DNA from: an uncultured virus (IMG/VR IMGVR_UViG_3300030106_006393)
Taxonomy: Duplodnaviria; Heunggongvirae; Uroviricota; Caudoviricetes
DNA length: 64,000 bases
IMG/VR virus record: IMGVR_UViG_3300030106_006393
Coordinates: 1-64,000 of that record
Direction: 5' to 3' (one strand)
Shown here: positions 49,595 to 59,495 of the stretch, in pieces
Position numbering within the stretch: the stretch's first letter is position 1
How the letters are laid out: each line of letters begins with the position of its first letter
Translations under genes and position numbers: made by a program
The notes under the pieces: model-generated
What the model saw: only the letters and a program-made list of their open reading frames with translations
What the model was told of the DNA's origin: nothing
The model's database searches: none

Positions 49595-50291
49595 TCTATA
49601 TGGAGACAAGATCGGAGCCGTAGAGTATGTTAGTCATATGGGCTCCGACTTGTCTGTCGTTAACGCTGCAAGAGTCTCCTTTGGCTCGAAGAGGGATGAG
49701 CTGAATGAAAAAGATATTAAACTTATTAACTACCTCATGCAGCATAACCACACTAGTCCATTTGAGCATTGTACTATTACAATGCGTTTTACTGTTCCTT
49801 TATTCATAAGGTCCCAGCATCATCGACACAGAACGTGGGCTTACAACGAGATCAGCAGGCGATATACGTCCGTTGATATGCAGTTTTATCAGCCAAAAGA
49901 ATTCAGAACACAACATAAGTCTAATAGACAGGCAAGTGAAGACAAACTGATTAATCCTCTGGTATCTTTCAGAGACTCCTATCAGGTTGGCCATTCTGGA
50001 TACGCCGCACGTCTAGTTGAAAATCACCATGCAACATCTATGACTCTATATCAATCTTTGCTAAATTCTGGAGTCTGTAGAGAACAAGCAAGAGGGGTTC
50101 TCCCTCAGAATTTGTACACGCAATATTACGGCACCGCAAATCTTCACAATCTATTAAAATTTGTATCGCTCCGTAGCCACGACGGAGCACAATGGGAAAT
50201 CCAAAGAGTGGCACAGGCTTGCTTGGCCATAGCGAGGGAGCACTTCCCTGAGTCTATAAAAGCGTATGAGAAGAAGCATATGGAGTTGTGA
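49584..50291 (+). CDS. thyX: FAD-dependent thymidylate synthase
   Basis: VNAARVS, HTSPFEH, RHRTWAYNEISRRY, EQARGVLP, AQWEI. Confidence 0.96.
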   Translation: MRFDLYGDKIGAVEYVSHMGSDLSVVNAARVSFGSKRDELNEKDIKLINYLMQHNHTSPFEHCTITMRFTVPLFIRSQHHRHRTWAYNEISRRYTSVDMQFYQPKEFRTQHKSNRQASEDKLINPLVSFRDSYQVGHSGYAARLVENHHATSMTLYQSLLNSGVCREQARGVLPQNLYTQYYGTANLHNLLKFVSLRSHDGAQWEIQRVAQACLAIAREHFPESIKAYEKKHMEL

Positions 50292-52354
50292 TGAAAAGAT
50301 TTTTGTTTTTGTTTTTGTTTTTATTGGTTGGGTGCGAAGATGATACTGCCGCTACAGGTGGCAGATCTCTGGCTGACAAGGGTTCAACATTCGTTGAAAA
50401 TGGCGACGTAAGAGTACTCATTCCCAGAGATATGCGTCAGCGAGAGCCAGATCAGTTTGTCTATATCGTCGATGCAAGAATGCGATTTGATATGATCATA
50501 GACGCAGCACCGCCACCACAGGTGTGCAGAAGATGGGGGATGAAAGAAGAGTGTACCCTGCCTGATTTTGAGGGACCTTGCGCTCAAGGTGAAAGAATCT
50601 GCAGAGAGACAGAGTGGAGCGACTGTGTTCCAGTTAACTTTCCCCGTCAAGAGGTTTGTGATGCTATCGACAATGATTGTGATGGAAGACTAAACGAGTC
50701 CCCACTGTCTCAGAACGAGGTTCTCTCCAAAATGTGTTACACAGGCGCTCCAGGGACCGATAAGAACGGCCCTTGTCGCAGCGGTATTTCATTGTGCGAA
50801 GAAGTTATGGTAAGCACAGATGCAGGAGTTATCATCGCGTATGAGTATGGAGACTGCCAGAACCAAATAGTGCCCTCTGAGGAGGAGTGTGATTCGATCG
50901 ATAATGATTGTGATAGATCCACGGACGAAGGCGTGCTAAACGCTTGTGATCAATGCGGAGAAGTTCCAGTTGAAGAGTGTGACGGTATTGATAATGATTG
51001 TGACGACTCTACGGACGAAGGCTTATTGAACGCTTGTGACGAATGTGGCCCATTGCCAGAAGAGCTGTGTGATTTTATTGATAATGACTGCGACGGTGAG
51101 ATCGATGAAGACGCTGGTGACTGTGAATGTGAAAACCCGCTTTATGTCCCACAGCCAGAAAAGTGCAATGGCTTAGACGATGACTGTGACGACTTTATTG
51201 ACGAAGGCCCCGGCGGCGGCCCATTGACTTCTCTTTGTGCAACCAATCAGCAAACAGGCGAGGTTGAAACCTTCGCAAGAAGAGAAGATGGTCCAAATTA
51301 TGTTGGCGGTGATTGTCGTCTTGGTCTCGCAATTTGCGAATCACGACGCGTCGATGGAGAAGAGGAATATGGGTACTTCGAGTGCCAGGAAGAAATACTC
51401 CCCAGAAACGAGCGTTGTAACGAGGAGGATGATGACTGCGATGGTATAGCAGATGAAAACTTTCAACAAGGAAGCGTCGCAGTGATGATGGTTGTAGACG
51501 TCTCTGGTTCAATGCAGGATGATGAGTTGTTCGCTGCCTTCAACGCAACAAGGGACACTGTCTCGGTCTTACACGCTCAGGGCGTACAGGATGTTTGCTA
51601 TATGTTGGCAGTAGTTGGAAATGACGAAATGGAAGATCCATATCTGCAAGCTTATGCGGATAACTGCGTCCCCGGCGTTGAAGACCCTCCTATCGTTCCA
51701 GTCGAGGATATGAGAGGAGCAGTTGTAGCCCTTCAGGGTCAGATTGCTGGCAACCTAATCAACCAAGGTGGTGCTACTGAAAACACGTACGATGCAATAG
51801 GTAAGTTTTTTACAGATGATCTGCTCGATTGGGACAACGATGGCTTTCCAGATGAAGTTGAGTGGGCGACTAACCGCCCTGGACTTAATCCTGTTCACAC
51901 AACAGATTTGAGCCGATATACTCACAGAATAGTTGTTGTTCTAGGTGACGAGCGAGGTCAAGGTGTTTTGTATGATGAACATACTGCAGCAATGGCAATG
52001 GCACGCTCTGGAGGAATGGTTTTTATAATCGGCCCAGCACACTTGGAAGCAAGCTACTCTCAGTTGATGGACAATGGAGCCGTTCGCAGAGAAATGGGGA
52101 GAGGTCTTGGTAGAAATGATAACGTAGAAAACATAACCGAAGCGATAGTAGAGGCTATCGAAGAGGCTGCTTGTATCAACAGGAGAGTTGGGCAACCCGC
52201 TCCGGACGGTGGCGTAGATGACGGAGGTGTGACCGATGCAGGCCTCGATGGTGGTTTGGCTAGAAATCTAATACCTCTTGTTCCAAATTACAAGGAGACA
52301 TCCGCAACTTATCGAACCGACAAGATGTGGTCAGTTTACAGGATGTGTTTCTAA
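50291..52354 (+). CDS. Lipoprotein with six ExC(D/N)xxD(N/D)DCD repeats and vWA domain
   Basis: Lipobox LVGC; MopE-like metal-binding repeats; MIDAS DVSGS; C-terminal PDGG/DAG low-complexity tract. Confidence 0.8.
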   Translation: MKRFLFLFLFLLVGCEDDTAATGGRSLADKGSTFVENGDVRVLIPRDMRQREPDQFVYIVDARMRFDMIIDAAPPPQVCRRWGMKEECTLPDFEGPCAQGERICRETEWSDCVPVNFPRQEVCDAIDNDCDGRLNESPLSQNEVLSKMCYTGAPGTDKNGPCRSGISLCEEVMVSTDAGVIIAYEYGDCQNQIVPSEEECDSIDNDCDRSTDEGVLNACDQCGEVPVEECDGIDNDCDDSTDEGLLNACDECGPLPEELCDFIDNDCDGEIDEDAGDCECENPLYVPQPEKCNGLDDDCDDFIDEGPGGGPLTSLCATNQQTGEVETFARREDGPNYVGGDCRLGLAICESRRVDGEEEYGYFECQEEILPRNERCNEEDDDCDGIADENFQQGSVAVMMVVDVSGSMQDDELFAAFNATRDTVSVLHAQGVQDVCYMLAVVGNDEMEDPYLQAYADNCVPGVEDPPIVPVEDMRGAVVALQGQIAGNLINQGGATENTYDAIGKFFTDDLLDWDNDGFPDEVEWATNRPGLNPVHTTDLSRYTHRIVVVLGDERGQGVLYDEHTAAMAMARSGGMVFIIGPAHLEASYSQLMDNGAVRREMGRGLGRNDNVENITEAIVEAIEEAACINRRVGQPAPDGGVDDGGVTDAGLDGGLARNLIPLVPNYKETSATYRTDKMWSVYRMCF
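50885..51110 (+). repeat. 90-bp tandem repeat (about 2.5 copies) in lipoprotein gene
   Basis: ECDxIDNDCDxxTDEGxLNACDxCG units at 50885, 50975, 51065. Confidence 0.85.
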
Positions 52355-53478
52355 TGAAAAGGATTTTCGTTCTGATCTTAGCTATCGGTTGTACGGACGA
52401 CAGTCCCCCATCGATGCCGACAGATGTGAAGCTTGTGTACAGGGATGCGTCACAACCCGTTGTGGACGCACTCATCATACCAGCCGACGCTGCACCTGTT
52501 GTGGATGCTGCTCCTGACGCTTCGCAGAGACCTCCTTTCGAGTGTCCCTTGAGTGATACGGTTGATCGGTTGGGATCTGAACTTTGCGAGAGAGATGATG
52601 ATACTGTCGGACAAAGGGCAATTTGGTGCGACAAGGGATATATACGTTTAGGTCCGTGCGATCCATGCGAAGTAGAAACTTGCGACAACGAAGACAACGA
52701 CTGTGACGGCCGTATCGATGAAGGAGAATTCTCTTGCAATACTGCCTGTGGCCCCGGCAGCGGCATCTGTATAGATGGATCGGTCGAAGGGTGCGATGCT
52801 CCTGAGGTCATCAACACTGACGTGCTCTTCATAGTTGATTGGTCAAGTTCAATGGGGGCTCGTATAGATGCGACTCTTGATGCGCTGGGAAGATTTTCAA
52901 GAGAATTTCAAACAAGCGAACAAGTCAAGTGGGGCTTAATTGTGGGGCCAATAAGAACTCCAAGAGAAGACAATCCAGAAATAAGTCAAGAGACCTTGAT
53001 TCTTATATCAAACATATCTACATTTGATGACTTTCTTGTTCGCTTTGTTGCATCCCCTCGTGTTCACACTGGAGGCAAGGAGATGCTTTTGGATGCCGTA
53101 TACATCGCATTGAGAAATGTTAGTGGGAATCTTGCAAACAACTTAGAAGAATCCAGATGGACTCAGGGCGCCGCATCTGTGCCTCCTTTGGGAGAGTTTA
53201 TCATCAACTGGAGACCTGGGGCAGATAAAATTATGGTTGTGTTTTCTGACGAAGTCGAAAGAACTTACATGGACCCGCCAAACACGATCTACAGGGTTGA
53301 TGACGCCCTTGCGGCATCTCCAAACTTAAAGCTATATACTTTTGCGGGTGGATTTTACGGTTGGGATGAACTCGCCGCACGTACCGGTGGAGCAAACTTC
53401 GCACTAACAGCAGAAGCAGATGAGATGTACGAGAGTCTAATGACGATCTTAAGCGACGTCTGTAGGCCACGGCAGTGA
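52354..53478 (+). CDS. Second lipoprotein with Cys/Asp repeat and vWA domain
   Basis: Lipobox AIGC; ETCDNEDNDCDGRIDEG; MIDAS DWSSS; VVFSDE. Confidence 0.8.
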   Translation: MKRIFVLILAIGCTDDSPPSMPTDVKLVYRDASQPVVDALIIPADAAPVVDAAPDASQRPPFECPLSDTVDRLGSELCERDDDTVGQRAIWCDKGYIRLGPCDPCEVETCDNEDNDCDGRIDEGEFSCNTACGPGSGICIDGSVEGCDAPEVINTDVLFIVDWSSSMGARIDATLDALGRFSREFQTSEQVKWGLIVGPIRTPREDNPEISQETLILISNISTFDDFLVRFVASPRVHTGGKEMLLDAVYIALRNVSGNLANNLEESRWTQGAASVPPLGEFIINWRPGADKIMVVFSDEVERTYMDPPNTIYRVDDALAASPNLKLYTFAGGFYGWDELAARTGGANFALTAEADEMYESLMTILSDVCRPRQ

Positions 53479-53481
53479 AAC

Positions 53482-54267
53482 ATGGAATACAAAAACATCG
53501 TCATAGGCTCCAGCCTACCAGCGCTACTGTTTGCCTATTATAACGAATATCCGATTATAATTAACTCGCTACGCAGGCCATTCAGGTTCGACAGTTTATC
53601 AATGGATGTTCAGTTTCATGACGAGGTGATAAGAAGTAAGAGCTACCTGTGGTCTGCCGTTGCATGGAGGCTGTCCATGGAAGGCCTCGCACCCTTCGGT
53701 CCATCCGCCAAGTCAGTAAGAATAAAGGACGATGTAATATCTAATGTTGTCGAAGGTGGAACCAACATAAAGATCAGCTTTGAGAAGTGCTATGTCTTTG
53801 ATGATGACAATCTGACTGTAGAAAACGAGATACTACAAGAGGCAAGTGGGGATGTTCGGGTGTTCGATTGGATGAACGTACGCAGAGGAACCACTCATGG
53901 TATAGACTATTTGGGATCGGAAGATGACTTTGTAAGGCATATATATTTTTACAAGTCCGAAAGAATAGATGGCAACCACAACAAGAAAGATCTGGTTGCG
54001 GTATCTTTTCTAAAGGAGGAGGATATCCAAGATTTTGAATACTCTGAGACCATGGCTCGATTTAAGATACAGAAAGAGATGTCATCTCACGGGATCATCG
54101 GAGCAAAGAGTGGCCTGACTCATGATGGAAAACAAAGAAAGTACAACGTAAAGGTTGAGCCTGATTATAGATATGTCGAACCACTAGGAAGGAGAGTATA
54201 CCAGAACTCGGAAAGAGTAGAGTTCATCAACTTGACAGCCGAGGAAGTGGTGATGGACTATGCTTGA
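53482..54267 (+). CDS. Hypothetical protein with degenerate Rossmann-like N-terminus
   Basis: YKNIVIGSSLPALLFAY. Confidence 0.55.
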   Translation: MEYKNIVIGSSLPALLFAYYNEYPIIINSLRRPFRFDSLSMDVQFHDEVIRSKSYLWSAVAWRLSMEGLAPFGPSAKSVRIKDDVISNVVEGGTNIKISFEKCYVFDDDNLTVENEILQEASGDVRVFDWMNVRRGTTHGIDYLGSEDDFVRHIYFYKSERIDGNHNKKDLVAVSFLKEEDIQDFEYSETMARFKIQKEMSSHGIIGAKSGLTHDGKQRKYNVKVEPDYRYVEPLGRRVYQNSERVEFINLTAEEVVMDYA

Positions 54268-55132
54268 AGAGGGTAGCGGAAATGTGCAAGCTTTTCATCT
54301 CGCAGGTGTCGTTCCTGTAGCTGGTCCTGATTTAGGCTTTGGGTTTCCTTGGCATGACAGTATGCAACCTATCGCTGAAAATTACCTTGCAGTAGAGAGG
54401 TCTGTTGTAGAGTGCGCCTACGCAGGATGCGAGACAATATGGGTGGTCTGCAATGACGACATGCAACCTCTCTTGAAGCATAGGATGGGTGACTACATAG
54501 AGGACCCCTACTATCTAGACAAGGCTCAGTTTGTAAAATATCCGAGTGCTGCACGAAGACAGATACCTATATTTTATACACCTATTCACCCAAAGGATCG
54601 AGACAGAAGGGATAGTCTTGGGTGGTCCGCTCTTCACGGTGCTCTTACAGCATTTATCATGAGCGATAAGATAAGCAAGTGGCTCATACCCAGCAGATAT
54701 TATGTTAGCTTTCCTTACGGGGTTTATCAGCCGTGGAGTATTTATAAGCACAGAAAGAGAATCTCTCACAAGAATCCGTTCTTTCTCTCTATCGATGGAA
54801 AGACGATAAGGGACGGAGAGTATTTGGGATTTACGTTTGATGCAGAAGAGTACAAACAATATGTGGCGGATGTTAAACAAAGCTGCACAGGCGGAAGCAA
54901 AAGTATTTCAGCCAAGGAAAGATGGTCTTCTCGGTTTTTTGGACTTGACAAAATCTTTGGTTCTGCTATAATAAACAAAGATCAAACGTTGGAAGTTCCC
55001 TGGTATTACCGAATTGATTCGTGGGACGGACTACACAACTATCTGGCTTCAGAGGAAAGCAAACAAATAAAAAGACCCAGCGACACATTATTTAAGAAGT
55101 CGCTGTACAACAAGATTGGAGAACAAGAATGA
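54260..55132 (+). CDS. Nucleotidyltransferase (NTP_transferase)-like protein
   Basis: AGVVPVAG...MQPIA...VERSVVECAYAGCETIWVV; C-terminal IDSWDGL. Confidence 0.6.
   Translation: MLEEGSGNVQAFHLAGVVPVAGPDLGFGFPWHDSMQPIAENYLAVERSVVECAYAGCETIWVVCNDDMQPLLKHRMGDYIEDPYYLDKAQFVKYPSAARRQIPIFYTPIHPKDRDRRDSLGWSALHGALTAFIMSDKISKWLIPSRYYVSFPYGVYQPWSIYKHRKRISHKNPFFLSIDGKTIRDGEYLGFTFDAEEYKQYVADVKQSCTGGSKSISAKERWSSRFFGLDKIFGSAIINKDQTLEVPWYYRIDSWDGLHNYLASEESKQIKRPSDTLFKKSLYNKIGEQE
54945..54972 (+). promoter_or_regulatory. Internal sigma70-type promoter for the dnaE operon
   Basis: TTGACA-16 nt-TATAAT with TG extension inside the CDS. Confidence 0.65.
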
Positions 55133-55338
55133 AAAAAAACGCACACTTTAGGGGGTACAACGATGTGCCATGGTATCTAAAAGAGGCCATCGGCTGGCCA
55201 GATCATTATGATAATTTGTCGACAGAGCAGCAAGCTTTTGTCTACCAGATGTGTGTAGAGATTGCATCACCTCCCCAGCTTCGAGAAAACTTGCAAGAAA
55301 TCCGGGATGATTTGGAGGAGATCATTGAAGACCTCTAG
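55129..55338 (+). CDS. Hypothetical 69-aa protein
   Basis: GGAG SD, ATGA coupling. Confidence 0.55.
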   Translation: MKKNAHFRGYNDVPWYLKEAIGWPDHYDNLSTEQQAFVYQMCVEIASPPQLRENLQEIRDDLEEIIEDL

Positions 55339-58300
55339 AGTTAAGTCAACCATTCCTTTCGTTGGTTTGCATGCCCACTCCGTTGCGGGAAGTATCTTTG
55401 ATGCCCTGGGATATCCGCAGGAGCATATGGACTTTGCCTATCAGAACGGCATGGACGCACTAGCGCTAACTGATCATGGGAACGCCAACGGTCTGGCATA
55501 TCAAGTTTTGCATGCTAAAAAGATGCAGGCTGAAAACAAAAACTTTAAGCCTATCTTTGGCGTTGAGGCATACTTTCTGCCCTCTGTTGCAAACTGGAGA
55601 ACTGAGTATGAGAAGGCGCTAAAGGACAAGAAGAAAAAGGTCGACGACACTCAGTCAGGAACCACCGTCGAGAATGAAGAATCAAAGAAGTTGATGAAAA
55701 ACATTCTCAACCGTAGACGTCATCTGATTCTTTTGGCACAGAACCAAAAGGGTCTAAAGAACATCTTTAAGTTGATCTCATCAAGTTATGACAAAGAGCA
55801 TTTTTATAGGTATCCCCGCGTCGACTATGCCTTGCTCAAGAAGCACAATGAAGGCGTCATCGCTGCGTCTGCCTGCTTGGGCGGAGTGTATGCTGGCTGC
55901 TATTGGGAGAATCGCGACAAAGGTGAAGATCAAATCCTCACAGCGTTTCGTAACACAACGCAAAAGATGCAGTCCATCTTTGGAGACAGGTGGTATGGAG
56001 AGTTGCAGTGGAATAATGTACCAGAACAGCATGAGCTAAACAGATATATTATCCAGATGCATCACGAGTTTGGTCTTCCGCTGATTTCAACTGCAGATAG
56101 CCACTATCCAGACAAGGAGGCCTGGAAAGACAGAGAGCTTTACAAGCGCCTAGGCTGGCTTGGCAAGCGTCCTGAGTGGATGTCTGCTGAGTTGCCAATC
56201 GACGTCGAAGAGATTGGGTATGAACTTTATCCGAAGAATGGCGATCAGATGTGGGAGTCTTACAAGAAGTATTCAAAAGAGTGTCAGTGCGAATATGATG
56301 ACAACATCGTAAAGAATTCAATTACAGAAACCCACAGGATCGCACATGAAAGGATCGAGACATTCTTTCCAGACAACACGGTGCGTCTGCCAGACTTTGT
56401 CGTGCCTCAGGATACGACACCAGGCGAGGCTTTGCAGAAGTTGACTGCTGAAGGTTTGAGAAACTTGGGCCTATCTGATGACAAAGATTACCTAGACCGC
56501 GCAGCTCTAGAGATCGAAGTCATTGACTCTAGAGGGTTCAGTAAATACTTTCTAACTATGAAGGCTATCGCAGATAGGGCCAAGGAGACCCAATTAGTGG
56601 GCGCTGGAAGGGGCTCTGCAGCCGGTTCTCTGGTCGCCTATGCCCTAGGTATCACCCAAGTTGACCCTTTAAAGTATGGTTTACAGTTTGAGAGGTTTCT
56701 GACAAAGGGTGGCTCTGGATATCCAGATATTGACTTTGATACAGCAGAACCCATGAAACTAAAGGAGGAACTGGTTGAGGAATGGGGCGAGAACACAGTG
56801 GTTCCGATCTCTAATTGGAACACGCTACAGCTCAGGTCCCTCATCAAAGATATTTCAAAGTTTTACGATGTGCCTTTTACAGAGGTAAACACCGTCACCA
56901 GCAAGATGATCTACGAGGCTACTCCACTAGCCAAAAAGAAGCATGGGATCACGGCAGGTGTTTACAATCCCACATTCGAAGAGGTAATGGAATTTTCGGA
57001 TTCGCTAAAAAAATTCCTCAGTAAATATCCTCATATTAAGACTCACGTCGAGGCTCTATATGGACAGGTAAGATCTTGCTCAAGGCATGCCGGTGGCGTG
57101 GTTGTTGGCGAGAATCTAAACGAGTGGATGCCAATCATTGCATCTGGTGGTGTGCGCCAGACTCCATGGAGCGAAGGCATGAACGTCCGCCAACTGGAGC
57201 CTATGGGCTTTATCAAGTTTGATTTATTGGGTCTCGCCTCTTTGCGCATGATCGAGGGTGCAATCAGGCATATTCTAAAGAGGCATAAGAATGTTCCTGA
57301 ACCTACGTTCGATCAGGTAAGAGAGTTTTACAACGAAAAGCTCCACCCGGATAGGATTGATCTTGGTGATCAGAACGTTTGGAAAAACATCTTTCAAGAT
57401 GGTAAGTGGGCCGGCATCTTTCAGTTTACAGAGGACGGAGCACAGAAGTTTTGCAAGAGAGTTAAGCCAAGCAATCTAATTGAGCTGTCAGCTATAACTA
57501 GTATTTATAGACCAGGCCCATTATCGGCCAATGTTGACAAGAAGTTTGTGTCGGCTAAGAACAATCCAAATGATGTGGAATATGTTAACGACTTTGCCCG
57601 CAATGTTACAGAGGAAACCTTCGGCTTCCTTATCTTTCAGGAGCAGATCGCTATGTTGGCTCACAAGCTCGGCAAAGACCTGTCTCTTGACGAGGGCAAC
57701 AAACTTAGAAAGCTTCTAACAAAGAAGGGCACAGGAGAGGTTCAAGAGCAGAAGGATAAGATCTTCTCAAAGTTTCTTGATGGTTGCCTGGAGAAAGGAA
57801 TGAGAAAACATGAAGCAAGAGAACTATGGGAGACCTTTGAATACTTTTCCGGCTACGGCTTTAACAAGTCGCACGCTGTTTCTTACTGTATGCTGTCGTT
57901 TCAGTGTGCTTGGCTGCTCAACTATTATCCAGCAGAGTGGACCGCAGCTTTCTTGGACAAGGAGCCCGAGACGCGCAAAGAAAAGGCGATCAACATTTCA
58001 AAGTCTCTCGGATTTGAAATCGCACCATTGAACGTGAACACTTCTGGAATGGTGTGGGAGATCTCGCCAGACGGTAAGACGCTTATCCAGCCCTTGTCGT
58101 CAGTCAAGGGTCTTGGAGAGAAGGCGATCGAGCAGATCCTAAACAATCGTCCGTTCAATACGGTAGAGGAGTTTTTGTTCAACGAGAACATTGTATATTC
58201 AAAACTGAACAAGAAGGCTCTCGATGTCCTTTGTCGATCTGGTGCGATGGATGATCTAGTTGACGATAGGTTCACCGGAGCAAAGCACTTCTGGAGTTCT

Positions 58301-58753
58301 GTTGCAGTGGACAGGCCCAGAAAGGAAAAGAATCTATTAGAAAACATAGACAAGTACGCTCCAGAGGGGGACTTTACAGAAGAAGAGAATATCCAGTATC
58401 AGATTGATCTGACCGGGGTCTTCCCTTTTGACTTGGTAATGGGCGAACACATCAGAGAGTCTCTAGACAAGTACATGGTACCTCCTATCAGCGAATATGA
58501 TGCAGAGTTGGGAGGCGTCGTGTGGTGTATTCCGAGAGAGGTCATCAAGAAGAAGACCAAGAACGGCAAGGATTACTATATCGTCAGGGTTATTGATGAT
58601 AACAACGAAACGAACACCATCCGATGCTGGGGCGTGAGACCGGATAAGGATATAGTAAGAGTAAATCGGCCCTATATGATGAAATTAGACTGGAATCCTC
58701 AATGGGGTTTCAGCACGAGAAGATTGAGTGCAACTTTTAGAATGTTAGGATAG
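55325..58753 (+). CDS. dnaE: DNA polymerase III alpha subunit (family C)
   Basis: PHP LHAHS / ALTDHG, GRGSAAGSL, PDIDFD, RHAGG, KFDLLGL, GFNKSHA; GGAGGAG SD then TTG 55325. Confidence 0.96.
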   Translation: MKTSRVKSTIPFVGLHAHSVAGSIFDALGYPQEHMDFAYQNGMDALALTDHGNANGLAYQVLHAKKMQAENKNFKPIFGVEAYFLPSVANWRTEYEKALKDKKKKVDDTQSGTTVENEESKKLMKNILNRRRHLILLAQNQKGLKNIFKLISSSYDKEHFYRYPRVDYALLKKHNEGVIAASACLGGVYAGCYWENRDKGEDQILTAFRNTTQKMQSIFGDRWYGELQWNNVPEQHELNRYIIQMHHEFGLPLISTADSHYPDKEAWKDRELYKRLGWLGKRPEWMSAELPIDVEEIGYELYPKNGDQMWESYKKYSKECQCEYDDNIVKNSITETHRIAHERIETFFPDNTVRLPDFVVPQDTTPGEALQKLTAEGLRNLGLSDDKDYLDRAALEIEVIDSRGFSKYFLTMKAIADRAKETQLVGAGRGSAAGSLVAYALGITQVDPLKYGLQFERFLTKGGSGYPDIDFDTAEPMKLKEELVEEWGENTVVPISNWNTLQLRSLIKDISKFYDVPFTEVNTVTSKMIYEATPLAKKKHGITAGVYNPTFEEVMEFSDSLKKFLSKYPHIKTHVEALYGQVRSCSRHAGGVVVGENLNEWMPIIASGGVRQTPWSEGMNVRQLEPMGFIKFDLLGLASLRMIEGAIRHILKRHKNVPEPTFDQVREFYNEKLHPDRIDLGDQNVWKNIFQDGKWAGIFQFTEDGAQKFCKRVKPSNLIELSAITSIYRPGPLSANVDKKFVSAKNNPNDVEYVNDFARNVTEETFGFLIFQEQIAMLAHKLGKDLSLDEGNKLRKLLTKKGTGEVQEQKDKIFSKFLDGCLEKGMRKHEARELWETFEYFSGYGFNKSHAVSYCMLSFQCAWLLNYYPAEWTAAFLDKEPETRKEKAINISKSLGFEIAPLNVNTSGMVWEISPDGKTLIQPLSSVKGLGEKAIEQILNNRPFNTVEEFLFNENIVYSKLNKKALDVLCRSGAMDDLVDDRFTGAKHFWSSVAVDRPRKEKNLLENIDKYAPEGDFTEEENIQYQIDLTGVFPFDLVMGEHIRESLDKYMVPPISEYDAELGGVVWCIPREVIKKKTKNGKDYYIVRVIDDNNETNTIRCWGVRPDKDIVRVNRPYMMKLDWNPQWGFSTRRLSATFRMLG

Positions 58754-58761
58754 GAGTTATT

Positions 58762-59211
58762 ATGAAAGTTAATGTTTACAAAGTTAGAGAGAACGCAAAG
58801 CTGCCCGTCAGGGCGCACCCAACAGACGCAGGAATGGACCTGTTCTTCTGCCCAGAGGCTGATGAGCCCGTTACGGTTCGTGGCTCTCGCACATGCCTGC
58901 TGCAAACAGGGTTGAAGATTGAAGTACCAGAAGGCTACATGCTTGAGGTAAAGAACAAGTCAGGCATTGCTTCAAAGAAGCAGCTCGTAACTGGTGCCTG
59001 TGTTGTCGACTCAGGATACGACGGAGAGATCTTTGTCAACCTTCACAACATCGGAGAGCGAGCACAAGTGGTCCAGCCGGGGCAAAAGATCGCTCAAGGG
59101 GTCTTTGTGAAGGTTGAGCAGCCACTGCTTGTGGAGATTGAAGAAGACAACATTTATGGTGGAACCACGAAGCGAGGCTCTGGTGCTCTCGGATCCACTG
59201 GTGATTTCTAG
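58762..59211 (+). CDS. dut: dUTPase (trimeric)
   Basis: AGMDL, KSG, VVDSGYDGE, KIAQ, RGSGALGSTG. Confidence 0.95.
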   Translation: MKVNVYKVRENAKLPVRAHPTDAGMDLFFCPEADEPVTVRGSRTCLLQTGLKIEVPEGYMLEVKNKSGIASKKQLVTGACVVDSGYDGEIFVNLHNIGERAQVVQPGQKIAQGVFVKVEQPLLVEIEEDNIYGGTTKRGSGALGSTGDF

Positions 59212-59495
59212 TGGCTTCTGCAACCAGAAAACTACAGAGAAAAAAACACAAGGAAGCTAAAAAGGACATGGCCGAGAAGCTTGGTCTGTTTCATAGAGTG
59301 CCAGATATTTGTACTATGTGCGAAAAACCATTTGACAAAAAGGACAAAAGTCAGGTACAATCATGGAGAGTGGTAGTAAGAGAGAAGGAGAAGAGAGTTA
59401 ATCTTTATTGTCCGACTTGCTGGGATCACGCTAACGAACTCTTGGGTTCGATAATGGAAAAACTAGAAGGAGACAAGAATGAAGGAGACACTTAG
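59211..59495 (+). CDS. Hypothetical zinc-ribbon protein
   Basis: CTMC...CPTC. Confidence 0.65.
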   Translation: MASATRKLQRKKHKEAKKDMAEKLGLFHRVPDICTMCEKPFDKKDKSQVQSWRVVVREKEKRVNLYCPTCWDHANELLGSIMEKLEGDKNEGDT

